Origin: an uncultured Acidobacteriota bacterium
Lineage (GTDB): Bacteria > Acidobacteriota > UBA6911
Direction: 5' to 3'
NCBI GenBank assembly: GCA_963843575.1
Contig: CAWJKZ010000014.1
Location: 544,001-608,000 of the forward strand
Length of the DNA: 64,000 bases
Position numbers and translations under genes: made by a program. A model generated the notes under the pieces. It saw nothing but the letters and a program-made list of their open reading frames with translations, had not been told where the DNA came from and ran no database searches. Each line of letters begins with the position of its first letter. Position 1 is the stretch's first letter. Of this stretch, positions 1 through 10,641 are shown piece by piece.

Positions 1-751
1 CGGCATGGCCGTCGACCGCGCGCTGCGCCCCTACGGCGCGACGTTCCTCGTGTTCTCGGATTACATGCGGGCGAGCGTCCGGCTCGCGGCGCTGATGAAG
101 ACGCCCGTCATCTACGTGTGGACGCACGACAGCATCGGGTTGGGCGAGGACGGCCCGACCCACCAGCCGGTCGAGCACTTCGCGGCGCTCAGGGCGATCC
201 CGGGGCTGGTGTTCATCCGGCCCTGCGACGCGGCCGAAACCGCCGAGGCCTGGCGCGCCGCCCTGCGTCACACGTCCGGACCCGTGGCGCTCGCTCTGAC
301 CCGACAGAAGCTGCCTGCGATCGACCGCAGCCGGTACGGCCGCGCCGACGGGCTGCACCGCGGCGGATATATCCTGTCCGAAGCCGAATCGGGAGCCCCG
401 GAAGTAGTCATCGTCGCGACCGGTTCCGAAGTCTCGGTGGCCCTGGGGGCCCAGGACCTGCTCGGCAAGCAGGACGTCCCCACGCGCGTGGTAAGCCTGC
501 CGAGCTGGGAACTGTTCGCCGCCGAGCACCCGGACTACCGGGAATCCGTGATCCCAAGGGCCGCGCGCCTGAGAGTGTCCATCGAGGCCGCGACCTCTTT
601 CGGGTGGGAACGCTGGGTCGGTGAGGACGGCCTCATCGTCGGCCTGGATCGTTTCGGCGCCTCGGCTCCTTACGAGACCCTGATGCGGGAATTCGGGTTC
701 ACCCCCGAGGCCGTCGCGAACGAGATCCTGGCGCGCGTCAAGACACGATGA
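1..751 (+). CDS. tkt: Transketolase, C-terminal part (5' end outside window)
   Basis: Motifs [32 protein letters not shown] and FGASAP; lies upstream of zwf. Confidence 0.96.
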   Translation, partial: GMAVDRALRPYGATFLVFSDYMRASVRLAALMKTPVIYVWTHDSIGLGEDGPTHQPVEHFAALRAIPGLVFIRPCDAAETAEAWRAALRHTSGPVALALTRQKLPAIDRSRYGRADGLHRGGYILSEAESGAPEVVIVATGSEVSVALGAQDLLGKQDVPTRVVSLPSWELFAAEHPDYRESVIPRAARLRVSIEAATSFGWERWVGEDGLIVGLDRFGASAPYETLMREFGFTPEAVANEILARVKTR

Positions 752-788
752 ACGTTCGCAGCGGAACACCTTCGAGGAGATACGCCGC

Positions 789-2354
789 ATGACCGAAAAC
801 CGCTCCGCTGCTGCGGTACAGGTAGAAGCCAACCCACTCCGGCACGGCCGCCGCATGAGCCGCAGCGCCGACGCCTGCACGATGGTGATCTTCGGGGGGT
901 CCGGCGACCTGACCCGCCGCAAGCTCGTCCCGGCACTGTACAGCCTCTCCCGCAAGAGACTCATCCCCGGCGGATTCACCGTGCTTGCGCTCGCGCGCTC
1001 GGCCCTGAGCGACGCCGACTACCGGGAAGTCCTGCGGAAGTGGGTGGACAGCAGCACCGAGGAGGAACGATCCGACCCCGAGACGTGGAATCCGTTTGCC
1101 GATGGCCTGCACTACCTCTCCGCGGATTACCACGATCCGTCCGTGTATCCGCAGATCAAGGAAGCCCTGGCCGCATTCGACCAAACCCGGGGAACGGGGG
1201 GTAACCGGATCTTCTACTTGGCCACAGCCCCCTCGGATTACGCCGGCATCATCCGCAGCCTCGGCGACTCCGGCCTCGCGCGTGAACACGTCGATGGCGC
1301 CGGCTGGGTCAGGATCATCGTCGAGAAACCGTTCGGACGCGACCTCGATTCCGCCCGCCGCCTCAACGAGGAGGTCAGCGCCGTCTTCGCCGAGGATCAG
1401 GTTTACCGGATCGATCACTACCTGGGTAAGGAGACCGTCCAGAACCTGATGGTGTTTCGGTTCGCGAACGGGATTTTCGAGCCGTTGTGGAACCGGCAGT
1501 ATGTGGACAACGTCCAGATAACGGCTGCCGAGGATATCGGGGTGGGCACCCGAGGAGGGTATTACGAGCAGGCAGGCGCGCTGCGCGACATGATCCAGAA
1601 CCACATGATGCAACTCCTGGCCCTCGTGGCGATGGAACCGCCTCCCGATTTCGCCCCGAACTCGGTCCGAGACGAGAAGGCCAAGGTGCTCCGGTCGATT
1701 CGGTCATCCACAGCTGCCGAAGCGCGTGCCAACTCCGTGCGTGCGCAGTACGGCCCAGGGTTCATCGGCGGCAAGGCGGTCCCCGGGTATCTCGACGAAA
1801 AGGGCGTCGTCCCGGCCTCTCGCACCGAGACCTTCGCGGCGCTGCGGTTTGTGATCGACAACTGGCGCTGGGCCGGCGTCCCCTTTTACCTGCGCACCGG
1901 GAAAAACCTCTCCAAGCGCATCACGGAAATTGCCATCACCTTCCGCTGCACGCCCCATCTGATTTTCGCGGAGGCAGGGGCCGAGCACGCGGACGCCAAC
2001 GTTTTAGCCATGCGCATACAGCCCGACGAAGGGATCACCCTGAAATTCAACGCGAAGCCGCCCGGGCAGGCCATGTCGGTGCGTCCAGTCAACATGGATT
2101 TCCGTTACGGCACGACCTTCGGCCTGCACCTCGCGAGCGCCTACGAGCGCCTTCTCCTTGACTGCATGCTTGGAGATCCGACCTTGTTCGACCGCGCCGA
2201 TTCCGTCGAAGCCGCTTGGCGGATCGTCATGCCGTTCATGGAGGGGTGGGCTGCCGACGAGGCGCCCCTCCCGACCTATGCCTCCGGCTCCTGGGGACCT
2301 GCGGAGGCCGACGGACTCCTGCTGAAGGACGGAAAACACTGGCGGCTGATATGA
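789..2354 (+). CDS. zwf: Glucose-6-phosphate 1-dehydrogenase
   Basis: Motifs GGSGDLTRRKL, IVEKPFG, YRIDHYLGKE, RDMIQNH and WAGVPFYLRTGK. Confidence 0.98.
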   Translation: MTENRSAAAVQVEANPLRHGRRMSRSADACTMVIFGGSGDLTRRKLVPALYSLSRKRLIPGGFTVLALARSALSDADYREVLRKWVDSSTEEERSDPETWNPFADGLHYLSADYHDPSVYPQIKEALAAFDQTRGTGGNRIFYLATAPSDYAGIIRSLGDSGLAREHVDGAGWVRIIVEKPFGRDLDSARRLNEEVSAVFAEDQVYRIDHYLGKETVQNLMVFRFANGIFEPLWNRQYVDNVQITAAEDIGVGTRGGYYEQAGALRDMIQNHMMQLLALVAMEPPPDFAPNSVRDEKAKVLRSIRSSTAAEARANSVRAQYGPGFIGGKAVPGYLDEKGVVPASRTETFAALRFVIDNWRWAGVPFYLRTGKNLSKRITEIAITFRCTPHLIFAEAGAEHADANVLAMRIQPDEGITLKFNAKPPGQAMSVRPVNMDFRYGTTFGLHLASAYERLLLDCMLGDPTLFDRADSVEAAWRIVMPFMEGWAADEAPLPTYASGSWGPAEADGLLLKDGKHWRLI

Positions 2355-2367
2355 GGACCCGCACCCG

Positions 2368-3516
2368 ATGAGCGACCGCGAACCTGGAAACAACCTGGGG
2401 ACGCCAGTCCCGGTGGATGTCGCCTCGATCGAACGCGAACTCGCCGGGCTCTGGAAGGCCGCCTCGGCGTCCGAGGGCGAAACGGCCGTGATCAGGGCCT
2501 GTTCGTGCAACCTGGTGGTGATCGCGGAAGACCGCGCCGAGGCTGCCGCCGTTCTCCCCGTGCTGGCGAGAGTATCCGAATCGCACCCCGCACGCTGCCT
2601 CGTTGCCTATCGCGAACCGTCCGACGGGTCGCGCGCGGCTGAAGCCCGGATGGATGCCTGGATCAGCGCCCAGTGTTCCCTTCCCGTCGCGGGCCGCCCG
2701 CAGATCTGTTCGGAAGTCATCACCCTCGCATCTCCCGACAGCGCTGCCGGCGACCTTCCCAACACGCTCCTGTCGCTGCTCGTGCCCGATCTTCGGGTCT
2801 ACCTGTACTGGCGCTCCTTCAGGGAATTCGATTGGGGGTGGGTCGCGCGGGTTGCCCGGTTTTCGAGCCTCCTTATCGTGGACTCGCACAAGTCGAAGGA
2901 CGACCCGGGCAATCGCCAGCGCATCCTCGAAACCCTGACGGACTCCCCCGGCGCCATCCCGGTGCGAGATCTGAACTGGTCGCGCCTCACCGCGTGGCGT
3001 GATCTCGTCACTCAATTCTTCGACAATCCCGCCTTTCGCGACGACGTGTACCGGATTTCCGAGGTCGACATCTCGCGGGCGCTCGGCGCGCCCGGAAACC
3101 TGCCGACCCGCACCCTGCTGCTCACCGGTTGGCTAGCCTCGCGGCTCAGGTGGCGCAGGATCTCCGCCGAGCGCTCCACCGACGATTGGATTTCGCGCTG
3201 GCAGAGCCCTTCGGGGGAAGTGAAGGTGCGGTTCACGGGCCGTCCCGCCCTTTCGGACCAGCAGCCGGACATCAGTTCGCTCAAGCTCCGGACACGCAGC
3301 GGGAACACCTTTTCCGTCTTCCGCGACACCGGATCGTCCGTCCTGAAGGCGACCGCATCCGGTCAGGGAGGACCCGCCTTCGCTCACTCCGTCCCCCAGA
3401 AGTCGATGGACGAAGCCGATCTCCTCGCGGGCGAGCTTTCGCTCACCGGCGAAGATGCCGGTTTTCGCGCAGCCCTGACCGAAGCTCTCGAACTTGAAAA
3501 AGGATTTCGGCGATGA
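2368..3516 (+). CDS. opcA: G6PDH assembly/effector protein OpcA
   Basis: Between zwf and pgl; motifs HPAR, CSEVITL, LLVPDLRVYLYW, LIVDS and DLNWSRLTAWR. Confidence 0.88.
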   Translation: MSDREPGNNLGTPVPVDVASIERELAGLWKAASASEGETAVIRACSCNLVVIAEDRAEAAAVLPVLARVSESHPARCLVAYREPSDGSRAAEARMDAWISAQCSLPVAGRPQICSEVITLASPDSAAGDLPNTLLSLLVPDLRVYLYWRSFREFDWGWVARVARFSSLLIVDSHKSKDDPGNRQRILETLTDSPGAIPVRDLNWSRLTAWRDLVTQFFDNPAFRDDVYRISEVDISRALGAPGNLPTRTLLLTGWLASRLRWRRISAERSTDDWISRWQSPSGEVKVRFTGRPALSDQQPDISSLKLRTRSGNTFSVFRDTGSSVLKATASGQGGPAFAHSVPQKSMDEADLLAGELSLTGEDAGFRAALTEALELEKGFRR

Positions 3517-4247
3517 CCGCCGATCGCCCCGAATTGCTGGTGTTCCCGGACGAGGCCGCGTTGTGCCGAGCCGCTGCCCGCGCCATAGCGGACTCCCTGG
3601 CGAGCCTCCTGCAGGACAGGGGTAACGTCCCCCTGGTGTTGACCGGAGGCAGGACGCCTGCGCCCGTGTACGAACTCCTGGCGGATCCTCCGCTGCGCGA
3701 CGCCATCGACTGGCGCAGGGTCCATTTTTTCTGGGGGGACGAGCGCTGCGTGCGCCCTCAAGACCCGGAGAGCAATTTCCGGATGGCCTCCGCGTCTCTA
3801 CTCTCCCGCGTCCCGGTCCGGAACGAGCAGGTGCATAGGATCGAGGCAGAGCTGGCGGATCCCGAAGAGGCCGCTCAGCGCTACGAAGCCCAGATCCGCG
3901 CGTTCTTTCCCGGGGCCGCCCTGCCCTCGTTCGATCTGGTCCTGCTCGGGATGGGCGCCGACGGCCACACGGCGTCGCTGTTTCCGGGTGCGACGTGGGA
4001 TGAAGGGCGCCTGGTCGTCCCTGTCTATGCCCCGGCGCTGAAGTCCTTCCGCATCAGCATGACCCCGCGGCTGCTGAACGCCGCCCGCCGGATCCTTTTC
4101 ATCGTGGCCGGCCAGGCAAAGGCCCAGGCCCTCAGGGACGTCCTCTCCGCAACGGACCGGGCGCTGCCTGCGGCGCGGATCCGTCTCGCCGGCGGGCGCC
4201 TCACCTGGATGGTCGACCAGACGGCCGCGGGCCTGATCGGGGGTTGA
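3513..4247 (+). CDS. pgl: 6-phosphogluconolactonase
   Basis: Motifs LTGGRTP, FWGDERCV, SNFRMA and LLGMGADGHTASLFP; ATGA overlap with opcA. Confidence 0.96.
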   Translation: MTADRPELLVFPDEAALCRAAARAIADSLASLLQDRGNVPLVLTGGRTPAPVYELLADPPLRDAIDWRRVHFFWGDERCVRPQDPESNFRMASASLLSRVPVRNEQVHRIEAELADPEEAAQRYEAQIRAFFPGAALPSFDLVLLGMGADGHTASLFPGATWDEGRLVVPVYAPALKSFRISMTPRLLNAARRILFIVAGQAKAQALRDVLSATDRALPAARIRLAGGRLTWMVDQTAAGLIGG

Positions 4248-4397
4248 ACTCGGAGGTTGTGAATCCTTGCTGAAGCCTTCGAAGCGCTTGCCGCGGTCCG
4301 CCTCCAGGACTCGACGCTTCAAGGAAATCGAACAGCCGCAGCGACCGTGCGAGATTCGCTGAATCTCCGCGCTGAAGAGAGATTACGGATCAGTGCC

Positions 4398-6158
4398 ATG
4401 AAGCATCCGAACCTGAGGAGTTATCTCGACACTCTCCTGAAAGAAAAGGAACTGCACGTCGTCGAGCAGGAAGTGGATCCCTGCCTCGAGCTGGCCGAGA
4501 TACAGCGGCGCGTTGTCGCCCAGCAGGGCCCGGCGCTGCTCTTCACCCGTGTCCGAGGCACGCGCTTCCCCGTTGTGACGAACATGTTCGGCACGCGGCG
4601 CCGCATCGATATAGCCTTCGGCGAGGACCCGGGACGGTTTATCCGCCGGTTGGCGCAGGCGGCCGAGATGCTCGTGCCGGCCCGGTTCGCGGACCTGCTG
4701 CAGTTTCGCGACCTCGCCTGGACCGCTGTCCGGTTGGGTTCCCGCAAACGTCGCACCGGCGCCGTCCTGAACAACCTCGTCCAACCGCCACGGCTCACGG
4801 AACTGCCCCAGCTCAAGAGTTGGCCCGAGGACGGCGGCCCGTTCCTCACGCTCCCGCTCGTATACACCGAGCACCCCTTGACGGGCAGGGGCAATCTGGG
4901 GATGTACCGAACCCAGATTTACGATGAACGGACGCTCGGAATGCACTTCCAGATCCATCGCGGCGGCGGTTTCCACTATCACGCCGCCGAGCAGTCCGGA
5001 GTTGCCCTACCGGCCGTTCTCTTCTTGGGTGGCCCGCCGGCGCTTATCCTGTCGGCGATCGCTCCGCTTCCGGAGAATGTGCCTGAGCTGACTCTCGCCT
5101 CCCTGCTGCAGAGCGGGCGGCTTCACGTGGTGCGCGACCCAAAAGTCAGTCCGCTCCCGGTGATCGCCGAGTCCGACTTCGCCCTGATCGGCCGGATTCC
5201 ACCCGGCCTGCGCCGGCTTGAAGGCCCGTTCGGAGACCACTACGGCTACTACTCCCTCGCCCACGAGTACCCGGTCTTTGAGGTGGAGAAGATGTGCTAC
5301 CGCAATAACGCGATTTTCCCTGCCACCGTCGTGGGGAGGCCGCCGCAGGAAGACCACTATATCGGGGAGTACCTGCAGGACCTCTTCGCACCCGTGTTCC
5401 CCCTCGTGATGAACGGGGTCCTGAAGGTGTGGGCCTACGACGACGCCGGCGTTCACCCCCTGGCTGCGGCGGTTGTACGTGAGCGTTACCGCAGGGAGGC
5501 GTTCATGGCTGCCCTGCGGATCCTCGGTGAAGGCCAACTCTCGCTGACCAAGGTTTTGATCGCCACCGATGCGGTCATCGATCTCCGGGAGTTCCGCAAG
5601 GTCTTGGTGCATGTTCTCGAACGCGCGGACTTCGCGACCGACCTGTTCGTCTTCTCGAATGTCTCTCAGGACACTCTCGACTACAGCACCAGGACTCTGA
5701 ACGAAGGGAGCAAGGCCATCCTGCTCGGGCTGGGTGAGGCGCGGCACGCGCTGGTGGCGGAGCCGCGGGAGGCTCTTCGCGACCTCCGGTTTAGCAGACA
5801 GGCCGTGTATGCCCCCGGGGTGCTGGTGGTCTCTGGACCGGCGTGGCGCGAGGGCGACGGCGCCGTCGCTCAGCTCCTCCGGGAACCGGCCGTTCAGCCG
5901 TTCCGGCTGGTCTGTCTCGTCGACGATGCCGCCGAAGACGTCGTGCGTGACGACGCCTCGTTTCTCTGGACGGTGTTCACCCGCTTTGAACCGGCCGCGG
6001 ACCTGCACGCGCGATCGGTCACCCTGGAGCGCTATCACGTCCGGCTAACCGCCCCGCTCGTATTCGACTGCCGCATCAAACCCTGGCACCCGCCTCCGGT
6101 CGCGCCTCTCCAGGAGACGGTCGCCCGGGTGGATGCCCTCTGGGGGAAGATCTTCTGA
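4398..6158 (+). CDS. UbiD-family (prFMN-dependent) decarboxylase, long form
   Basis: Motifs NLGMYR, EGPFGDHYGYYS, ATVVGRPPQED and DTLDYS; ATG at 4398 preferred over GTG at 4347. Confidence 0.9.
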   Translation: MKHPNLRSYLDTLLKEKELHVVEQEVDPCLELAEIQRRVVAQQGPALLFTRVRGTRFPVVTNMFGTRRRIDIAFGEDPGRFIRRLAQAAEMLVPARFADLLQFRDLAWTAVRLGSRKRRTGAVLNNLVQPPRLTELPQLKSWPEDGGPFLTLPLVYTEHPLTGRGNLGMYRTQIYDERTLGMHFQIHRGGGFHYHAAEQSGVALPAVLFLGGPPALILSAIAPLPENVPELTLASLLQSGRLHVVRDPKVSPLPVIAESDFALIGRIPPGLRRLEGPFGDHYGYYSLAHEYPVFEVEKMCYRNNAIFPATVVGRPPQEDHYIGEYLQDLFAPVFPLVMNGVLKVWAYDDAGVHPLAAAVVRERYRREAFMAALRILGEGQLSLTKVLIATDAVIDLREFRKVLVHVLERADFATDLFVFSNVSQDTLDYSTRTLNEGSKAILLGLGEARHALVAEPREALRDLRFSRQAVYAPGVLVVSGPAWREGDGAVAQLLREPAVQPFRLVCLVDDAAEDVVRDDASFLWTVFTRFEPAADLHARSVTLERYHVRLTAPLVFDCRIKPWHPPPVAPLQETVARVDALWGKIF

Positions 6159-6264
6159 GGCAGCGGTCACGGTTTGACCGGGGAGCGCTCGAAAAGCCTG
6201 ACAGGCACCGCTCGCGGGCCGCGGTGCGGCTGTGACGGGCCGCTCCGAGCCCGGCGCCTCCGCG

Positions 6265-8413
6265 TCAGCCCGGGAGGCAGCAATCCCGCTCCCTCGCGTC
6301 CTGTTGAGCTGTCTCGGCGCCCGTCGCGACGACGGAAACACCATGTGCAGCCAGGAAGCGCCCCAGGGCCATCAGGGGAAAGTAAAGACGGTAGAGGTGG
6401 TAACGAAGATAGAACACGCGTGGGAATCCGGTCCCGGTAAACCAGGTCTCGACCCAGGCTCCCGCGGGGTCACCGTCCGGATTGACGCGCGGGTCGGCCG
6501 CCTGCTCAGGCGACAGCTGGGTGCAGGCCAGCCAATCCAGGGCTCTCAGCAGATCGGGGTCGTTGCACCCGAAAATCTCCTGCAACACCATAGCGGCCCA
6601 GGCCGTCTGCGACGCCGTGGACGGGCCCCTCCCCTTGAGCGAGGAGTCGACGTAGCTGTCGGCCGATTCGCCGAAGGAACCGTCCGGCTTCTGGACGGAC
6701 TTGATCCACGCACCCGCACGCTGGATCCATGGCTGTTGGCGCTCGACGCCACAACGGATCGGGCCGACGACAGCCTGCCAGGTCCCGTAAATGTAATTCA
6801 CCCCCCAACGGCCCGTCCAGCAGCCCTCCGGGGCCTGGTGGGCTTTTATGTACTCGACCGCCCGCTGCACCGCCTCGTGCCGGCTGTCAAAACCGTGCCA
6901 GCTCAAGCATTCCAGGACGCGCCCCGTGATGTCGGCGCACGACGGGTCCTGCATGGCGTTGTGGTCGGCAAAGGGTATGTACTCGAGAATTCGCCGATGC
7001 GTGGTCTTGTCGAATGCGGCCCAGCCGCCATCCTCGTTCTGCAGGGCGAGCAACCACTGGACGCCGCGGTCGGCGGCGTCGCAGCCCCGCGCGGCTGCCG
7101 GCGCGCCTGAGCGCCATCGCGACCATGGCGGTGTCGTCGCAGTCCGGGTACCAGGCGTTGTGGTATTCGAAATACCAGCCCGCCGGTTCGACACCAGGTG
7201 CGACATTGGCGGCCCAATCGCCGAGGTGGCGGCACTCTCTTGTGAGGAGCCACTCCGACGCCCGCAAGGCCGGTTTCTGAGCGGAGGTCATCCCGCAATC
7301 CGTCAGCGCATAGAGTGCCGTCCCGGTATCCCAGACCGGGCTGAAGCACGGCTGCAACCGGATCCTGCCGTCCTGCTCGATCATCAGGGCGTCCAGCTCG
7401 CTCTCGGCCCGGCGGATCACCGGGTGTTCCCTGCCGAAACCGAGCGCCTTCAAGGCAATCTGCAGGTAGACCATCGGAGGGAAGATGGCGCCGAGCCCGT
7501 CCGTACAGGCGGTCCCGTCCTGCCCGGCCCGCCTGACGATCCACTCGGTCGCGCGCCGGATGGCAATGCGCCGCACCGGCGTCCCTCCCAGGGCTTGCAC
7601 GGCCTTCATGATCGAATCCATGGTGAAAAAAAAGGTCGCCCAGCCCGATGGTGCGTTGGTGCGGTTCCTCAACCGGTGGCGCAAGCGGGGATCGACGAAC
7701 AGTTCGTCGATCCCCATGCCCGCGGGGAGCGCGCGCATCGGCCTGAGAGTGACGACGAGGGAGAGCGGCAGCAGCATCGTACGCGTCCACGCGCTCACCT
7801 TGTTCATGTGAAAATAGAACCAGTGCGGCAGAAACACCAGTTCCGGCGGCATCGCCGGCACCGCGTTCCATGACACCTGACCCAGGCAGGCCAGGTAAAA
7901 CTTCGTGAAGCTGTTGCAGTTTTCCGCCCCGCCGAGCCGCACCACCGCATCTCGGGCAGCGACCATGTGAGGCGCTCCGACATCGTCGCCGAGCAGCTTG
8001 AGGGCGAAGTAGGCCTTGACGGTGCCGCTCACATCCACGGCAGATCCGGGATACAATCCCCAACCCCCGTCCTCCCGCTGCAGGCTGCGCAGATAGGCCG
8101 AGAGCTTGAGCAAAGTCTGCCAACCGTCGGCGACGCTGCCATCCGCGGCCGGCGACGTCGGCTGCCGCTCCTGCCCGAGAATGAACTTCATCAGGATGTA
8201 CTCGCTCTCCAGGATCGAGTCGCCCTGTAACTCGCCGCACCATTCCCCGTCCGCCTTCTGCAGACGGGTGAGCGCCGTCAACGCGCGCTGGGCGGCACCG
8301 AGAAACCGGCGGCAATCGAGCAGGGAAAGTTTTCCTTCAACCTGGTCGGCCAAAGCCTTCTCCAGCAGAAACACCTGAGAACGGGGCTTCCGAAAAACGA
8401 GGGCTGCCGGCAC
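6265..8413 (-). CDS. shc: Squalene-hopene cyclase (frameshift near 7100, likely sequencing indel)
   Basis: QW-type repeats (QKADGEW, QREDGGW, QNEDGGW, QAPEGCW, QKPDGSF), SPVWDT, catalytic YPDCDDTA, GRWGVNYIYGT and FTGTGFPRVFYLRYHLY, spread over ORFs 6887-8413 and 6265-7206. Start uncertain. Confidence 0.93.
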
Positions 8414-8652
8414 TGCGCCTGCTCCGGCTGCGCCTTGCTGCTCTGACCCCCGAACGGCGGAACTCCTCGGGAGCGGGACGGTCCCGGCGACGCGGTGACG
8501 CGTCCCGGAACGCGCATTTTACTTATCCTTCCGTATCATATGAGCTATCGTTTGGGCTCTGCAAGCGGAAATGGCCCGGGGGCTTTGCCGGCCACCGGTT
8601 GAATTTTGCGACAGAAACCGGGTACGATGAATTTTTCCTAACAGGGCCACGC

Positions 8653-9693
8653 GTGCGACGCCTGCCGGACGGGTTGAACGAGATACTCCGAAGCGTCTCC
8701 CGGTCGTTCTATCTCACCCTCCGGGTGCTCCCCTCGGCGGTGCGTCTCCAGATCAGTCTGGGGTACCTTCTGGCCCGCGCCGGGGACACGATAGCCGACA
8801 CCCGGCTCGTCCCCGCCGAATACCGCAGCGCGGCACTGCGCCGCTTGTCCGCCGCGATCCTCGACGCAGCCCAAGGAACGGACCCCGACCCGGCACTGAT
8901 TATGGGGGCGGCCGCTGCCCGGCTCGGCGGCTCGGCTGGAGCCTGCTCCCCGGCCGAGGAACTGCTCCTCGAATCCATCCCCGCGATCCTCCGGATCATG
9001 CGCGACCTTCCGCAACAGGACAGGTCGAGCCTCGGGACCGTGCTGCAGACAATCCTGACCGGCCAACAGGACGACTTGCTTCGCTTCGGGTCCCCCGCAA
9101 AAACCGGGATCCACTCCCTGGAAACCGATGCGGAGCTGGACGACTATGCCTACCGCGTCGCAGGCTGCGTCGGGGAGTTCTGGACCCGCACCTGCCGCGC
9201 CCATCTCTTCCCCGACGCCGTAATCGACTACGACTTATTCCTGGCCGAGGGCGTACGATTCGGCAAGGGGCTGCAGTTCGTCAACATCCTGAGGGACCTT
9301 CCCGCGGACCTGCGGCAGGGGCGCTGTTACCTGCCGCTTCGCCGGCTTGAGACGCTGGGGTTGCAGCCGCAGCGGCTGCTCGACGCCTCCACGATGGAGG
9401 TTTTGCGGCCCCTGTACGACGAGTATGCCGAACGGGCCTTGGGGCATCTCTCGGCAGGCTGGCACTACACGGGCACCGTCCCCATCACACAGCCACGGGT
9501 GCGGCTGGCCTGCGCCTGGCCGATCCTGATAGGGTTGAAGACGCTCGCACGGCTGCGCAGGGCGAACGTACTCGACGCGCGGCAGACCGTCAGAGTCACC
9601 AGGCTCGAGGTCCGGGATCTGATCCTCCAATCGATCGTCAGATACCCGTTCCCGGCCGCATGGGGCAGGTTATTCCACATTGCACGGGGCTGA
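8653..9693 (+). CDS. Squalene synthase / farnesyl-diphosphate farnesyltransferase (phytoene/squalene synthase family)
   Basis: Motifs SVSRSFYL, YLLARAGDTIAD, DDYAYRVAGCVGEFWT and GKGLQFVNILRD..D...GRCYLP; divergent from shc; start at 8599 or 8653. Confidence 0.88.
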   Translation: MRRLPDGLNEILRSVSRSFYLTLRVLPSAVRLQISLGYLLARAGDTIADTRLVPAEYRSAALRRLSAAILDAAQGTDPDPALIMGAAAARLGGSAGACSPAEELLLESIPAILRIMRDLPQQDRSSLGTVLQTILTGQQDDLLRFGSPAKTGIHSLETDAELDDYAYRVAGCVGEFWTRTCRAHLFPDAVIDYDLFLAEGVRFGKGLQFVNILRDLPADLRQGRCYLPLRRLETLGLQPQRLLDASTMEVLRPLYDEYAERALGHLSAGWHYTGTVPITQPRVRLACAWPILIGLKTLARLRRANVLDARQTVRVTRLEVRDLILQSIVRYPFPAAWGRLFHIARG

Positions 9694-9735
9694 GCCCGCG
9701 GCGAGCGGCCGCTCACCCCTCGGACGCGACGGAAA

Positions 9736-10641
9736 CTACTTCAGCAGCAGCCGGGCCAATTCTGCCTTAACGTGGGCAGGGACCTCGTCGAGGTCGGCCC
9801 AGACCACCGGCGACTTGAAGTGGGCAGGCGTCACCTTCGCCGTGACTATCTCCGTGCGGAACAGCTGGGCTTCCGCGAGCATCTCCCCGAGCGGGCTTAT
9901 GATGAAGCTGTCGCCATACCCGATGCGGGACGGCTTTCCGGTGACCACCACGTTCGAACGGGCCACGACAAGCTTCATCTGGCAGGCCAGGCCCACGTGG
10001 CAGTTGCGCACCCAGATCCGGTGATAGTTGACCCGTTGCGCGTCGATGTCGTTGTAATGGGGGGAGAAAAGTATTTCCGCCCCCTTCATCTTGGCGATCA
10101 GGGCGAGGTGCGGAAACGAACTGTCGTGGCAGATGATGACGGAGAAGCGGGCGCCGTTGGCGGTAAACACGGGCATTTCGGTTCCAGGGAGGAACCGCAG
10201 CTCGTCCCGGTCCCCTTCCGTGAGCATCGTCTTGTCATACATCCCGAGCAGCTTGCCGCGGTGGATCACCAGCACCGTGTTGTAGATGCCCTTTTCGCTG
10301 ACACGGGCGATCCCGACCATAACAACCATCTGGTGCGCCCCACTCTCGGCGATGAAGGCCTGCAATCCGGGATCGTCCAGCCGACGTGCCCCCTTGCGCA
10401 TATTCTCCGGCGTATCGTAGCCCGACAGGAAGGTCTCCGGGAGCGCGAGAAAATCGCTCCCGCGCGCCAGGGCCTCGGCCACCGCTCGTCGCGCGGTTTC
10501 GAGGTTGGCGGCGAAGTCGCCGTCCCGGCACGGCCCCTGGTAGACGGAGACAACCACGTCCCGCTCCAGCGCGGCGACTCGCGCCGCGGAGAAACCCAGC
10601 ATCAATAGGGTCAGGCCACAGGCGGATATGAGTCGAAACAT
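9736..10641 (-). CDS. Carbon-nitrogen hydrolase (nitrilase superfamily) with N-terminal signal peptide
   Basis: Glu-Lys-Cys triad contexts LPETFLSGY, YDKTML and IICHD; hydrophobic N-terminus; AGGAGG RBS. Confidence 0.88.
   Translation of the reverse strand: MFRLISACGLTLLMLGFSAARVAALERDVVVSVYQGPCRDGDFAANLETARRAVAEALARGSDFLALPETFLSGYDTPENMRKGARRLDDPGLQAFIAESGAHQMVVMVGIARVSEKGIYNTVLVIHRGKLLGMYDKTMLTEGDRDELRFLPGTEMPVFTANGARFSVIICHDSSFPHLALIAKMKGAEILFSPHYNDIDAQRVNYHRIWVRNCHVGLACQMKLVVARSNVVVTGKPSRIGYGDSFIISPLGEMLAEAQLFRTEIVTAKVTPAHFKSPVVWADLDEVPAHVKAELARLLLK

Noticed and set aside
9736-10641. Nitrilase as the missing N-carbamoylputrescine amidase (AguB) for aguA
   Set aside because: It has a signal peptide, lacks AguB-type motifs (YRKxHIP, CWDQWFPE) and lies 4 kb from aguA.
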